A DNA stretch of 50,485 nucleotides, taken from positions 1 to 50,485 of the forward strand of contig NIVC01004325.1 in the NCBI GenBank assembly GCA_002269645.1, written 5' to 3'. Source of the DNA: Macrostomum lignano (lineage: Eukaryota). A program made the position numbers and the translations under genes. Of this stretch, positions 23,165-35,504 are shown piece by piece. Within the stretch, counting starts at the first letter, position 1. Each line of letters begins with the position of its first letter. The notes below the pieces were generated by a model. That model saw only the letters and a list, made by a program, of their open reading frames with translations, ran no database searches and was not told the origin of the DNA.

Positions 23165-24876
23165 GTATAGAACCCAGCATTTTTTTCAGGCGTATGCCTT
23201 CAAAAACTAGCTTTCTAATAGTAATAATAGGGAGTCCAGTCAGCTCCGCGCAAGGCGGGAAAATTTTGAAACAAATGGAAAACAGTATTGACTTCAACGG
23301 TCTATAGAATGCAAACGAGAAGGTTTTAAAGAAAACCAAGATATACACAAAAGAGCTGATAAAACCTACTTTCTAATGAGTGTTTGTGTTTTTATATTGA
23401 TAAAGCATGTACAAAGTTACCGTTCGTCAAAATTTCCGATTTTTTTGCCGAAAGTGTAATTTGAAGCCGTTTTAACGGGAATATATATGGTTTCAGAAAG
23501 TTGAAAATGTAGACGAAAATCATTGAAATATAACAAAATATGACAACTCCAGTTGGAAGTACTGATATTTTGTTAGTTAAAAATAGGATTCCAAGCAAAA
23601 AAAATTTTTTTTATCTAGCCATATACGAGGCTTGAAAATTATTATTTTCTTTTTTACCCTTAGCGGCAACAGCGATGGCCATTTTGAATTCTTTTTTCTA
23701 GTTTACGTTCCACGCAGTTTCTAATGCAGAAGGGTCATTCTCAAAACTTTTTCCCTTTTTTGTGGTCATTTTTTTAAATGAGTAAAGAGTTTATTTTTTA
23801 AGAAATAATGGTTAAAGTGCTTACAAGTGTTAGGAAAATTATATTAAAAGCACAAGAAATTCTTGTTTTGCAAGTGAATCGGCATTTGTTTATTTATGTA
23901 ATAAAACACCGCAATTGTCTAAAAAATCGAGCTAGAATCAATTAGAAATAATATTAAATTTATAAAAAATATGTTGCAATTTAGTTAAAAATAACTTCAG
24001 TACAAATCTAACTGTGAACTTGTGTTATTTATATTAATGTTTGTTATACTGTTGAAATTGATTACACTATATGGTTTTTAATTTAGATCGACCAGCTCTA
24101 TTTTTTGGTGTGGCAACCACGTGTGTAACGCATATATCATTTCACTTGTTTCTAAAAGCAATCTTTAATTGTAAGGAGACTTTTCAAACTGCGTTGTAAC
24201 ATTAACTAAGTTTAGTCATTTGTGCAGTACTTTTCTTCAACCTTGTATAATAGTAATCAAACCATTACTGCATTTACTTTGCTAATGCTAATTCAATAAA
24301 TGTAAAACATGGGCCTTAATTACTTATTCATTGTTAGTAAGAAATTACATCGTTTAAATGAACAGAAGCCTCATGTAGTCTTTGTTACTCATATTACAAA
24401 AGGCTAAGAAAATGGGCCTGGTTTACATTCGTGTATATATGTTTTACAAGCAAAAACATGTAAATTTGCACTGTTTTTTATAATTTATAAATGCATTAAA
24501 AACCATTAAACCAAAATCTTAAAGTGACGAATGGTATCTGAAAAACAGCAAACAATAACAGTAACATGAAATGAAAAGTAGTACAAACAGAAGTACACAC
24601 ACAATAATTTCATAAAAATGACAACATAAGAAAAAAGATAGCAAAAATTGCATATGAAACTAAATGAATAGTTAATGATATGTAGATCTCAAAAGCTCTT
24701 TGACACACATAAGTAATATTTAAATAAAAAAATTAATATATATTTTTAAATAGCATAATTTTGCATCAGTAAGTTTTTTAATATCTCTCTTTTTATAAGC
24801 ATACAAATTATGCATAAAGTTTACTTTTTTCATCTTTTTAAAACTTTTAGTAATCAAACTATTTTACTATTGTAGT

Positions 24877-25065
24877 CAGTGGCGCAACCAGGGGGGGGGG
24901 CGGGGGGCGGTCGCCCCCCCCCCTTAGGCGGGGGACCGAAAAAAAATCAAAGGGGGGACCAAGCGAATTTTCGCCAAAAACAGAGCCACCCCTCCTCCGC
25001 CCCCCCTCCCGGGACTTTACCCTCAGAATCCGCCCCCCCTTGAAAAATTTCTGGTTGCGCTACTG
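24877..25065. mobile_element. 189-bp hAT-type MITE
   Basis: TIR CAGTGGCGCAACCA / TGGTTGCGCTACTG; perfect 8-bp TSD ATTGTAGT. Confidence 0.92.
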
Positions 25066-27250
25066 ATTGTAGTTGTTGCTTCTTTTCTCGCCTGGTTGGT
25101 TTTAAAGGCATGGCTGCAAGGAGTTTAAAATGACATGATTACTTGGAATGCAGCATAGTTATTTGTACTTATATTTGTATTTTTGTCTAGCTTTTACTAG
25201 GAATTTTGCTTCCTAAAAATAATAATGAGACAGATTGCTTTCTAATAAGGAGACAGATTACAGCTGGTACACCAATTTTTGCTAACAAATCGGTCAAATG
25301 TTATTTATTCTGTTTAGCCTAGCTACATATAAATAGAAACTCATCCCACATTTCGAATTTTAGACTAAAGCCAAGAACTTGAGATCTGAAATCTTGTATG
25401 TTTCGTTATTAAAGCATTATTTCAAGCGCTGCTAATATGAACAGCAAGTATCCTACCAATTTTTCCTTTTCTATTGTCCCTTATTTCACTTGTATGTATC
25501 TATAATAATTTGTCTCTTCGAATTCTTTGTGATAAATCAGACGTAATGAGGCACCAATTGGCACTTTGAGAAGTAGACAAACAGAAAGTGAGAATTCATC
25601 TAATTTTAGCCTTATTCTAACTCTATTAAATGTAAGATTTTCCTAATAATATAACAGATATTTGCTATTTAAGTCTTTATATAAACAACTTTTAGAGGAC
25701 AAGCGTACAGGTATATTCAAATGGTACACTAGACTAAAGAGTGAAAAAAGGCAAGCAGATGCATCTTAATTATTATAACTTCAAAATTCGAAAAAAATTG
25801 TAAACTATATCCACTATGCACTTTTTCTGATAGTCAAAACAGACATGATTAAAATACAGTATAGAAAATTTAATATTGATAGATCTGGTTGCTCTGTTTT
25901 GATTTTTATAAGTGTAACTAGCATATACCTTAAACAAATAATTAGTTTAATGACAGTGATAAGTAATTCTGCGACCTTCAGCTATCAAAATTTAATTTTT
26001 TATTGAAACAAAATAAATAGAAACAACTAGATGATAACCAACATTAAAATATATTGTAAATTTATAATATGCTTGACATATATAGCTATACAAGTGATGT
26101 ATCACATATTATATACAATTATTCCAAAAGTATTGACTTTTAACAGAAATGACTAAAAATGCTTCTAACCCCATATGTACTTTATTATTGTGTTAAGTTT
26201 CAGATCTGCAGTTTGCTCCAGGTCATTGTGCTGAATTTCGGATGACGAAAACAAGAGCATTTGTATACATTTTGTGCATTTTTTTCAATTTGTCACTCAT
26301 ACGAGTAAGCAATCAATAAAATATAAAAAATGCTTGATTTTGTGATTGTTACGAGTGGTTTTCATTAATTTCGTGCATTTTAATCCACTAATTTCGTCAG
26401 AGTGAATTTCGGATTGCAACAATTTTGTGGTAGGGAAAATTGTCCTGTAAAAAGAATTTTTGAATTTTCATAAAAATCTCTGCAGATTCTGTCCGGATAC
26501 AATCAATAATGTGAACACCTAAAGCTAAACTTGTCTTAAAAACCAAAACTTTACATTATTTCTCCCGATGAAGAAAGCAGGACATGCATAAGTGGTCCAT
26601 AAAAGCTTCTAATCTAAAGTTGTAAATTTCATTGATAATATTTCTTTGCCAAAAATGCAGCAGCCAACACAATATCTTCCCTTTTTGTACTCTGAAACGC
26701 ATAAATAAGGTAGTTATCTGCAAAAAAACATCCGACTAAGTTGAGGTAACAAATAAATATACTCTCAAAAGACTAAATAATGTGTAAAACTATAACAGTC
26801 AATCCATAGAAAGTAATTTCTCGATAAAGATAAACTACCGCCAGAAGCTTATTTTCGCAACTTTTTATAAAGTTTTATGTGAATATTAAGTCTTTCTTCC
26901 TTACGTACACATTAGATTAATTTTACTTCTGATTTTCCTTGACATTCTCGATAAACTTTGAAGTTTTCTAAAGCGTTTCTTAGTTTTAACGTGTTGACAA
27001 TTTTTTGAGAATGACCCAGAAAACTGCTTGTTAATATGTATTCCCGCATTTACACAATACTAATTCAAAGTTTGAGCCAAAATACAGGTAAACTGCCATT
27101 TAAAGTAGAAAATGTTGTGCAATTTTTTCAAATATGCATCGATGGTGTTTTTTTCTTTTGTTTTATTATCTAAACTGGCATACAAACAAGACGAAACAAT
27201 GATCTCATTGCCAGCTCTTCCCGCAACTCCAGTGATGGCACCGATGTTTT

Positions 27251-27310
27251 GGGTAAACAGCAAGAGTAACTATTACTACTGCTTCATAGGAAAGTGACTC
27301 GTCACCTTAT
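27251..27310 (+). other. Diverged 28S rRNA helix-69 fragment (transposon-borne remnant)
   Basis: GGGTAAACAGCAAGAGTAACTATTACT...GACTCGTCA resembles the copy at 27474. Confidence 0.6.
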
Positions 27311-27399
27311 TAGTCAAATGATTTTGAGTTTACTATTAAGTTTCATTGCATTGGACATTATATGTGCATATAAGCATGTATGTACATGAATACAATGGC

Positions 27400-27635
27400 T
27401 GTACAATTTACTTATTAATCGAAAAAAGCAACTTAACTATGAAAAAAGCATAGACAAAGTTAACGTTATGTTTGGGTAAACGGCGGGAGTAACTATGACT
27501 GTATAATGAGGGCTAAATGGCAAATGCCTCGTCAGCTAATGAGTACTACTTTTGAAATGTTTTGAATGTGCATTTTTGCAGCTTACCTTGGCTGGGCCCC
27601 TTGCCAGCCAGCTAGATCGGCTTGGTGTTACATCT
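27400..27635 (+). mobile_element. Diverged MITE copy carrying a 28S rRNA fragment (27474-27544)
   Basis: 27-nt exact match to 28S GGGTAAACGGCGGGAGTAACTATGACT, then a 20-nt replacement, then 22/24 match CAAATGCCTCGTCAGCTAATGAGT. Flanks are homologous to the reverse complement of 40207-40505. Confidence 0.8.
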
Positions 27636-28458
27636 GGATGATCTATATAAGGACAAAACAGGCTTAATTATGGTGTAAGAATTAAAATTCTCAATATAGC
27701 ATATTTTTTATTTTGAGAATAAAAAAAAACTATTAGTTATATTTTTCAAAGGACTAATGCAAAATAATCTACAAGAAAAATGCTAAAAATGACATATAAA
27801 GAATGAAAATCCATTGAATAGTTCAAAAGTTATGTAACTTATTAGTCAAAAAAATGCTTCTTTTTGCAAAAATGATCACAGTGGCTTATGGGAAAAATAC
27901 ATTACGGAGACAACAAAATATATGGCACTAAAAGTGCTATAACTTTTTTATTACTTGACCAAAATTCAAAAGTGAGGTGTCATTTTGCTCATATAACTAA
28001 GATCTAACAAATGGTATAGAAATAATTCTGAATTTAGAAGTTTTAAAATCTCACTGGACTCCCTAGTAATAATATAAAAATTGTTAAATTATAGCTAGGC
28101 CAAAAGTAGCAGCAGGTTACTCAACTCTTAAAGCAGAGAAAGTCATATTAATAGCACCTAACTGACTAATCAGTAACAGCAGAATTTGAATTTAGGAATT
28201 GAAATGAAATTTACTGTTGATTTGATTATGAATTGATGGATATAATGGATCATACAAAATATTGAATAGTAATCTAATACCATACAATTGACCGACACTG
28301 AATAAAGACAGATTCCTAAACAGTTAAAAAGATAATGATAGGATCCGAAGAGTAGTAGATATAATTTAATATATGATGAGGAACGACCACAGCATAAGTG
28401 TAGTGCAATAATGACCGGATTTTCAGTTCCACGTTCAGTTCCACGAAAATAAATAAAC

Positions 28459-29598
28459 AAAAAATCAAATGCATACTACAGTAAGGAAAATCTTTTTAAA
28501 ATTAAACTAATAGCATTTTTGCAATATAACATCTGAGTAGACCTTACACAAAAATATCTTTTCAATTGAACATCTGTGAGCTTCGTGGCACACCTCGAAT
28601 GCTGAAATGGAGTGAATTTTCTTTAGAATTTACGACGTAGATGGTGACTGTACAAAAAAATCAAATGCATACTACAGCAAGGAAAATCTTTTTAAAATTA
28701 AACTAAAAGCATTTTTGCAATATAACATCTGAGTAGACTTTACACCAAAAATATCTTTTCAATTGAACATCTGTGAGCTTCGTGGCACACCTCGAATGCT
28801 GAAATGGAGTGAATTTTCTTTAGAATTTACGACGTAGATGGTGACTGTACAAAAAAATCAAATGCATACTACAGCAAGGAAAATCTTTTTAAAATTAAAC
28901 TAAAAGCATTTTTGCAATATAACATCTGAGTAGACTTTACACCAAAAATATCTTTTCAATTGAACATCTGTGAGCTTCGTGGCACACCTCGAATGCTGAA
29001 ATGGAGTGAATTTTCTTTAGAATTTACGACGTAGATGGTGACTGTACAAAAAAATCAAATGCATACTACAGCAAGGAAAATCTTTTTAAAATTAAACTAA
29101 AAGCATTTTTGCAATATAACATCTGAGTAGACTTTACACCAAAAATATCTTTTCAATTGAACATCTGTGAGCTTCGTGGCACACCTCGAATGCTGAAATG
29201 GAGTGAATTTTCTTTAGAATTTACGACGTAGATGGTGACTGTACAAAAAAATCAAATGCATACTACGGCAAGGAAAATCTTTTTAAAATTAAACTAAAAG
29301 TATTTTTGCAATATAACATCTGAGTAGACTTTACACCAAAAATATCTTTTCAATTGAACATCTGTGAGCTTCGTGGCACACCTCGAATGCTGAAATGGAG
29401 TGAATTTTCTTTAGAATTTACGACGTAGATGGTGACTGTACAAAAAAATCAAATGCATACTACAGCAAGGAAAATCTTTTTAAAATTAAACTAAAAGCAT
29501 TTTTGCAATATAACATCTGAGTAGACCTTACACAAAAAATATCTTTTCAATTGAACATCTGTGAGCTTCGTGGCACACCTCGAATGCTGAAATGGAGA
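28459..29598. repeat. 197-bp tandem repeat, ~5.8 near-identical copies
   Basis: TCAAATGCATAC recurs at 28465, 28661, 28858, 29055, 29252 and 29449. Confidence 0.96.
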
Positions 29599-29599
29599 G

Positions 29600-29880
29600 A
29601 TTTCTTCCTGCTTTTTTATCTGTTGTGGAGACGCATCGTTCGCCACAGCGGCAAAAAACACCTGAGCTTGTTTGGCAACGCTGGCGACCTCAGCCTCTTT
29701 TTCTCGTCTGTTGAAAGCACAGAAAGAGGTGGGTTCAAGCGTTGACAGCATATTGAAGACCGAGATGCTGACTGTGTCTGCTGACGTATCAGCGGACCTG
29801 ACATGCCACGACGCAGACGCACGCTGCCAGCAGTGGTTCATCACATCAGCGGTCTGGTGCTCCGTGGAGAAAAAACCTTT
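29600..29880 (+). mobile_element. Older RTE-like LINE fragment related to 30560-30900
   Basis: Shares GACGCATCG..., GCTGACTGTG...GCGGACCTGACATG...GCGGTCTGGTGC blocks with the adjacent LINE copy. Confidence 0.6.
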
Positions 29881-30479
29881 CATATGAGGAGCCAGGCCCG
29901 AACCCATTGATCAATCCAAACTAGATGTACACGTATAGCTGTTCTACGTGTTCTCTATACACTACATGTACTTTTTGCAATCTGAACCGTATGTCATCAC
30001 AGCCTTAAAAGATCCCCTGATAAAAATCCGTCTGTATGATCCCGGAGTTCTCGATTTGTGCCCAAGCAGATTCCTATCAGCTATTCGGCTGCATGCTGCT
30101 CACCGCTAGCTCCAACCCTTTGATACCCATCCCAGGCGGGGGCTCCGGCCTCGCCAGGTCTGGTCATACCGTAGATCCAGGTTCGCCAGGTCACAGAGTG
30201 GTGGCAGCCAGTGGGTCATGCAATAACCCAATGATCAATATTTGCACCTTAGCTATCGATGGGGCACATTTGGGTCCTTACCGCGTCTCTAATATAGCAC
30301 TACCAAAAAGTTATCAATATGCATGGGCGGGACAACCTGAAGGGCGATCTGTCGGTCATAGTCTAGTCATAGACGGCTGGCAGCCATCCATAGTCATACG
30401 ATCTGATCCTTCCCCCATGAGAAGACGGTTCACTAGTAGGGCGATTACATACATGTAAATCATCATCAGTTCGACACTT

Positions 30480-31430
30480 CATCAGGAGTTCTGCATGGCG
30501 ACACTTTGGCGCCGTTTCTCTTCGTGCTGCTGCCACTGGGTGCTTCGGACCGCAGTCTCCTCGGCTAACGACGGCTTCCTGCGCTGCGCAGACGCATCGG
30601 TCGCCGCCACGGCGAAAAGCGCCTTATTATTATTTGCTTGGCTACGCCAACGAACTCGCCCTCCTGTCCTCGTCCGTTCAAGGTGGCATCCCGCCAGATC
30701 GACAGGTTGGTCAAGGTGGCATTGAGCGTCGGACTGGTTGTCAACACGCTAAAGACCTAGGTGCTGACTGTGCCGGCCGACATCCCAGCGCTAGCGGACC
30801 TGACATGTCGCCTCGCAGACGGGCAGATGACCACGCTCGCGCGCACGCTACCAGCGGGATCACCTACTCGGCGGTCTGGTGCCTCACGTGGACGGACCTC
30901 GATCCGGCGGCGCCGAGGACTTGCCTGGGCGGCCTTCCGTTCGATCCGAGCCGACGTCCAGTCCGAAGCGCTGCCCGACCGCCAGAGGGCTCGTCGGCTG
31001 TGGCAGGCGGTGTGCTCTACAACGCCGAGACGTGGACACTGACGGCTACGCTTAGAGCGGCAGCTGGACTCGGCGCATTCAGGGCTGCTCCGTGCGACCT
31101 TTCGAGCTGATGAGAGCGTCGGGACTGAGGCCCTGTACGATCGGGCCAAGCTGCAGCGCCCGTCCACCATCCTGCGCCGGCGGCGACTTCAACTGGCGGG
31201 CCACGTACGTGATCCGGGCCGAGGGCTACTGCCCCCAACCTGTTCAGGACGTCCTAGCCCTGTTGCTCACTCTGCAGGGCCCGCTCAGGCGGGGTCAGGC
31301 CCAAACCCGTCGATACGTGGACTGCCTCCTACGTACGCGACGCCAGGGCGCCCGACACTGCCAACGGGGCGGACTTCCTCCGCTCTCAGGCTCTGCGGCG
31401 CGCCATCTGAAGCACCCTGCTCTGTGACTT
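30480..31430 (+). mobile_element. 5'-truncated, frameshifted RTE-clade LINE (RT C-terminal region)
   Basis: Across frames: LGYANELALL (degenerate YADD), GLVVNTLKT, VLYNAETWTLT, RQLDSAH..LLR, ILRRRRLQLAGH, all typical RTE ORF2 motifs. Confidence 0.85.
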
Positions 31431-31897
31431 TGATTGCTAGCTGCATAATTTGTTGTTAAGTTGTTGCTGTTATGAGCTATTAACTTTTACTGTGTATATA
31501 TTTTTTATTCATTTAAGTAAAACAATTAGTTGAAACAAGTTATACTTCATGTAGTCCCAGGTAATTTTTTTATAGTCTTAAGAGTAACTAAAAACTAAAA
31601 CAAAGTTCATCTACGCGTAAATATTTAATACCATCATTATAGAGTGACAGTTTTGCTCAGCAAAAGACATTTAAGCATGACTTTTAATGCTTATATTTTA
31701 TTTTTATGAGGTTAAATTTTCAAAGAAAGTGCAGATAAATTAAATATCTTTTTTAATTATATAATTATATATACATGTAAGTAAAATTATAATTATAATT
31801 ATAATTATAATATGTAATTAATATTATAATTTTATATTAAAATATAATATAATTATAAATTTATATTGAAGAGAGGGTGTGTAAGGAAACTTTCGTT

Positions 31898-32085
31898 CAG
31901 TAGTGCAACCAGAAATTTTATGAGGGGCGGATTCTGGAGGGTAAAGTCCCGGGAGGTGGGGCGGACGGGGTGGCTCTGTTTTGGCGAAAATTCGCTTGGT
32001 CCCCCTTTGATTCTTTGATTTTTTGGGTCTCCGCGCCTATAAGAGGGGGGCGACCGCCCCCCGCCCCCACCTGGTTGCGCCACTG
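31898..32085. mobile_element. Second copy of the 189-bp CAGTGGCG MITE, inverted
   Basis: Reverse complement of 24877-25065 with TIRs CAGTAGTGCAACCAG / CTGGTTGCGCCACTG; no clear TSD. Confidence 0.88.
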
Positions 32086-33809
32086 CCTTTGCCTTAGTGT
32101 ATTCTCATTCAAAGCACTTCGAAAGCAATGTGCTTTTGAATTTCGTGTGGATAAGTTTCATATGCGCGCTAAAATGACTGACGAAAAAAGTACAATAAAA
32201 TGTAAAACTATCATAAAAAAATATAATTTAAATATTTATTGCAATGGCAATGCTTTTTTATTTGATGTTTAAGTGAAATTGGAGCAGAAATGTTTTTACT
32301 TTGTTTATACACTAACTATTTAGAGGCAATCCGGAGTGAATTAATTTAAATTTCGGAACTGAACCGAGAACCGAAAATCCGGTCATAGTGCAATAGAAAA
32401 ATGAAAATCAACTTCGACAAACATTTAAATTTTATCCTTATTTAAATATATATACATATCTTTATAACAAAATAATTTAAAAAAGTATTATCTCGTTTTC
32501 TAAATATGTTATATACCTAATATTTGCAAGTAAAAATCTTTTACAAAAACAAAGACTTCAACTTACTACACTATCTTAAGAAAAAACTTAAAAAAGGCGC
32601 CGGTGGAATTTATCGGCGAAAATTTGCCCGTCAAGAAGCTCTATTATGAATGCATACCTTTAATGTCCATGAATATAAATTTAATAAAAGATGTTTTACG
32701 TGCTTAGTCAGATTAAAACATGTTTACAACAAAAATTGTTCGAATTCAGTTTGTCGTTAAATTTTTGCATGTACGCGACTTCGACTTGCCAATTTAGTAC
32801 ACGTATCGTCAAATTTTCCTAGGTATGGTAACGGGAAATTCAAATCGAATGCAAATGTACTTAATACATTACTTAACACTTAACACAGTATAATCTACCG
32901 ACAAATAGAATCTACTGATTGGTCTGCCTAAGTTTCTTTCCCAGAAAGTCGGCTAAAATACATGAACATGTATGCAGAACCAGTAGCGGAAGGGTGGGGA
33001 ATAGGAGGGTAATGTAGAGTCCTCTCCGAACAGCCCGACAAAACATTTGGCAATATGCATTTGCTCTCAAGCGCACTTCATCTATATCTCCAGAGAAAAT
33101 TTATTGTTCAGAGCATGCTCTAACTTACATGTACTATACATGCACACTGCATACCAAATACGAGCTTTAGTGCATAACGATATCACATTGTAAAAAAGAT
33201 AAAAACTCAGGAGCTCTAATTTCGCATATTTTTGACAAAAAATCCAACATTAAATTTAAATTACTCATAGCAGTAGTAGTTTTAGACAATTAATTTGCAT
33301 ATATTACTATAGTTTTGACACAAACAAATAAAAAATATTGAACGCGAAAGAGAATAAAGATGACAATGGAATTCATATCAAATATCCTCCAAAAACGTAC
33401 TCATTTAGCACCAGTATAACTGTCATACTAAGGAGAAAACCGATAAAACCTATTTAGCACAATTTTTAACACAGAGAACCGAAATGAGTTACAAAGCATC
33501 TAGCTGATTGCATATTTTAGACTTTTCATAGCTTTTTTATAACGATAAATTTGTCTAGGACACAGGTCGGTGGCGTTAACAAGCCACGAATATTGATTGT
33601 TTGCCCGCAAAATTGGAGTACTCCCAAAGATCATATATATACACAAAGAGAATCAAAGAGAATACGCTCATATAAGATCTATGGAGTACACTAAATGAAG
33701 GATGTCGGACATCTCTAGATGTAGGATGCTAGGCGCTGAGCTATTCTTAATGAATGATGCTTAAATTGGCACACTAGTAGTTTAATAGTTATTATTAGCC
33801 AATTAAGCT

Positions 33810-34214
33810 TCAAAGCAACGAAGTGAGCCCAGAGAAGGGCAGTACAGTTGACAACAGATTAAGCACAACAGACCAGGCAATGGCGTGATAGAAACTAAAA
33901 AAACTGTGCCCCAACAGACTCGCGGAATAATACACGAATGCTAAGCACAGGCCGCTGATAGCGTGACTAGGCAAACTGTAAAGAAATCCCACAATAAATA
34001 GCAGAGGGAAAACTTTGCCAATCCGATGCAGACGCAGGTAAACAGCCGATACAACTAAAGCGCCAAGGTGTAGCACAAGCGATAATCCCATAGTCCACAG
34101 GAATATGGTAAGCCAGATATGCTGGTAGTCGTCGCCAACATCGACTGCTTCAGGCGAATCAGATGTCGGATCGACTGTTGCCGGGGAAATAGTCAGCTCA
34201 CTGGAGTTGTCCGT
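33810..34214 (-). CDS. TMEM170: TMEM170-family membrane protein, last (main) coding exon; start codon must lie in an upstream exon
   Basis: HIWLTIFLWTMGLSLVLHLGALVVSAVYLRLHRIGKVF matches the TMEM170 pattern (W..VFLW......H..A......LR.H..G). Three hydrophobic helices. Acceptor aacccgcag| at 34215, alternative AG at 34232. The ORF-track start at 34277 is TTG and probably intronic. Confidence 0.85.
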   Translation of the reverse strand, partial: TDNSSELTISPATVDPTSDSPEAVDVGDDYQHIWLTIFLWTMGLSLVLHLGALVVSAVYLRLHRIGKVFPLLFIVGFLYSLPSHAISGLCLAFVYYSASLLGHSFFSFYHAIAWSVVLNLLSTVLPFSGLTSLL

Positions 34215-34276
34215 CTGCGGGTTGGCGAGAGCTTTATTAATTATTAATAGAATACCAATGCCTAGAGGCCTAGACA

Positions 34277-34975
34277 ATGGAGAAGAAAGATAAAGAGCGA
34301 CTGAGAGCTTTTGACATAAATAATAACAGAAGAATGCTGGGCATTTCCTGGAAGGAGAAGAAGACTAACAGAAGGATTCAGGGCACTTCCTGGAAGGAGA
34401 AGAAGACTAACAGAAGGATTCTGGGAATTTCCTGGAAGGAGAAGAAGACTAACAGAAGGATTCAGGGCACTTCCTGGAAGGAGAAGAAGACTAACAGAAG
34501 GATTCTGGGAATTTCCTGGAAGGAGAAGAAGACTAACAGAAGGATTCTGGGAATTTCCTGGAAGGAGAAGAAGACTAACAGAAGGATTCTAGGCATTTCC
34601 TGGAAGGAGAAGAAGACTAACAGAAGGATGCTGGGCATTTCCTGGAAGGAGAAGAAGACTAACAGAAGGATGCTGGGCATTTCCTGGAAGGAGAAGAAGA
34701 CTAACAGAAGGATGCTGGGCATTTCCTGGAAGGAGAAGAAGACTAACAGAAGGATGCTGGGCATTTCCTGGAAGGAGAAGAAGACTAACAGAAGGATGCT
34801 GGGCATTTCCTGGAAGGAGAAGACAAACAGAAGATACTGGGCATTTCCTGGAAGGAGAAGACTAACAGAAGATACTGGGCATTTCCTGGAAGGAGAAGAA
34901 GACTAACAGAAGGATGCTGGGCATTTCCTGGAAGGAGAAGAAGACTAACAGAAGGATGCTGGGCATCTCCTGGAA
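34277..34975 (+). repeat. 42-bp minisatellite derived from an RTE LINE coding motif (RRMLGISWKEKKTN), ~15 copies, TMEM170 intron
   Basis: A unique lead-in KERLRAFD.. precedes the tandem in-frame unit RRMLGISWKEKKTN. Confidence 0.9.
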
Positions 34976-35504
34976 GGAGGAGAAAATGTTTGAAATGTGA
35001 TGCAGTGCTGAGGCACAAGGCCACAAGCCACAGATGTGGGATGTTCGTACTTTCCTAGAAAGCCCGCATACTTTTCTTCCTATATAACAAGACAGGTTCA
35101 ATTATGAGTAACAAATGACAAACACAGAGTTCTCGATTTTGCAGTTTTAGAATGCGATTCAACCAAAAAATCGACAATTATAAGGGATTTATTAGACTCA
35201 GACTGTCTTCCGCGCTTTGAAACGGAGAAAAAATAATATATATTGGCTAAATCCCCCAAAACCAAAGCATCACGGCAACAAAAAACCAGACGGAGTGGTT
35301 TATTTAAAAAACAAAGTGGGCAGAAAAATACACACGGAGCATTCCACAACGCCCAAGGGAAGCGGTAATACAAGAAGAGGAGGAAAACGGTTCAGGCCAG
35401 TACGTGGGTTACAGCAGCAAAACAAATTTAAATTATTTTTATTTGGACACCGAGACAAAATCTGACGGGCGAGACAAAATCTGAAGCTTGCCGTTATGAA
35501 AAAC

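Larger units (their letters stand above)
23228..28065. mobile_element. ~4.8-kb decayed hAT-like element, 13-bp TIR, 7-bp TSD
   Basis: TAGGGAGTCCAGT ... ACTGGACTCCCTA flanked on both sides by GTAATAA. No intact transposase ORF; contains nested MITEs. Confidence 0.7.

Noticed and set aside
27474-27544. Functional rRNA gene
   Set aside because: Only ~70 nt is present, with a scrambled core and no surrounding rRNA sequence; treated as transposon cargo.
30036-30458. 140-aa ORF upstream of the RTE fragment
   Set aside because: No recognisable domain; possibly more TE debris, but unsupported.
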